Positions 63,077 to 64,000 of a DNA stretch of 64,000 bases are shown piece after piece. Source of the stretch: Saccostrea cucullata (lineage: Eukaryota). The notes beneath the pieces were generated by a model. That model was not told the origin of the DNA. It did no database searches and was given only the letters and a program-made list of their open reading frames with translations. Position 1 is the first letter of the stretch, and every line of letters starts with the position of its first letter. The translations under genes and the position numbers were made by a program. The stretch covers positions 1 to 64,000 of the forward strand of contig NW_026920486.1 of assembly GCF_032062105.1 (NCBI RefSeq), given 5' to 3'.

Positions 63077-63480
63077 CTAACAATAAATTAAGCTATATTA
63101 AGCTATTTAAGGCTTGATAAAGCTATTTCTAGCTTTTATTTATACAATAGCAGGGTTAAATAAAATTGTCCCTTAGACTTGGGGTTGAGGAATTTCCCTG
63201 CTTATAACGACATAATTCCTTATTTACTTTGGTATTCCTCCTCGCTCCCTTGTTAGAAGAACCCCAGATCCTCTAATACTCTATTTATTCCCCCTCTCAT
63301 TCAAAATACATATTGATTCATTTAGCAATTATTTCCCTTTATTTTGCATATTTACTTCACAAACATATCAATTTTTTTTTTTTATTTCTTTTACTGATTT
63401 GACTTGAAATTTTGTCTGATTTTCCTGTAATTTGACATTTTTGTTCACATGACCCTCTTTTGGGAGTCTTTTTCTTATTT

Positions 63481-64000
63481 CAAGGTTCTTGAAGTCTTTC
63501 GGTCCTGTTGGCAAAACCGGCAAAACCGATAAAAACAACCAAGGACCGATTACTTTGCGTTCCATGTCAGTCCAAATGACCGGTAATTGTTGACAGAAGA
63601 ACTTGCGAGAATCCGACCAAATTTTGTATGAATTGTCTAAAACCAACCGATCGTAATCTTTTAAACGCTTTTCTGAATCTTGTTATGGCTTCTTCGATGA
63701 ACGCAGGTGCCAAACTATGATTGGTAAGCTAGTTTGTTGACAGCGCTGGGGTAAGCCAGGGGAGAAAATCGGACTAGATTAAAAACTTATGAAGAAAATA
63801 GACCCCCACGAGAATTCAAAGAAAGTTGTTATACGACGATCAAATCCGCATGAAGTGTGCAGTGTTGATTGACGCTGGGTGCACAATATACTGATAATAA
63901 AATTCAAATACAGTTTTTCATCTTTTATATTGAATTTTTTTTGGACTGACAGAAATCTGTCTGGACTGACAAACTTCACATGGCAGTCAGTCCAAATGAC
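63481..64000 (-). mobile_element. Second copy (inverted, cut by the window end) of the MITE at 46217-46747
   Basis: CAAGGTTCTTGAAGTCTTTCGGTCCTGT start; 63780-64000 is the reverse complement of ~46248-46465. Confidence 0.85.

Overview
AT-rich, intron-containing animal genomic DNA, most likely an oyster (Ostreidae). This is inferred from the FoxL2 sequence and the Helentron/HINE-type repeat landscape. Gene order: a 927-aa C2H2 zinc-finger gene with one coding exon (-), head-to-head with a 12-exon PIGA (+); FoxL2 (+), with an intron splitting its last codon; a small gene missed as such by the ORF track (-), encoding a 66-aa Gly2/Cys-Cys-headed, very basic peptide with three PKA-type sites; 8-exon COPS7 (+); and, convergent with it, the 3' ten coding exons of RCC2 (-). 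Introns and intergenic DNA hold many non-autonomous DNA elements: HINE/Helentron-type elements carrying satellite-like arrays, MITEs with TA, TTAA, 5-, 6- and 9-bp target duplications, hairpin elements, and a truncated LINE. Two PIGA segments look like exon and transposon sequence interleaved, most simply explained as consensus artefacts over heterozygous insertions. All exon boundaries were read by hand from GT-AG sites and phase continuity; no database search was run.
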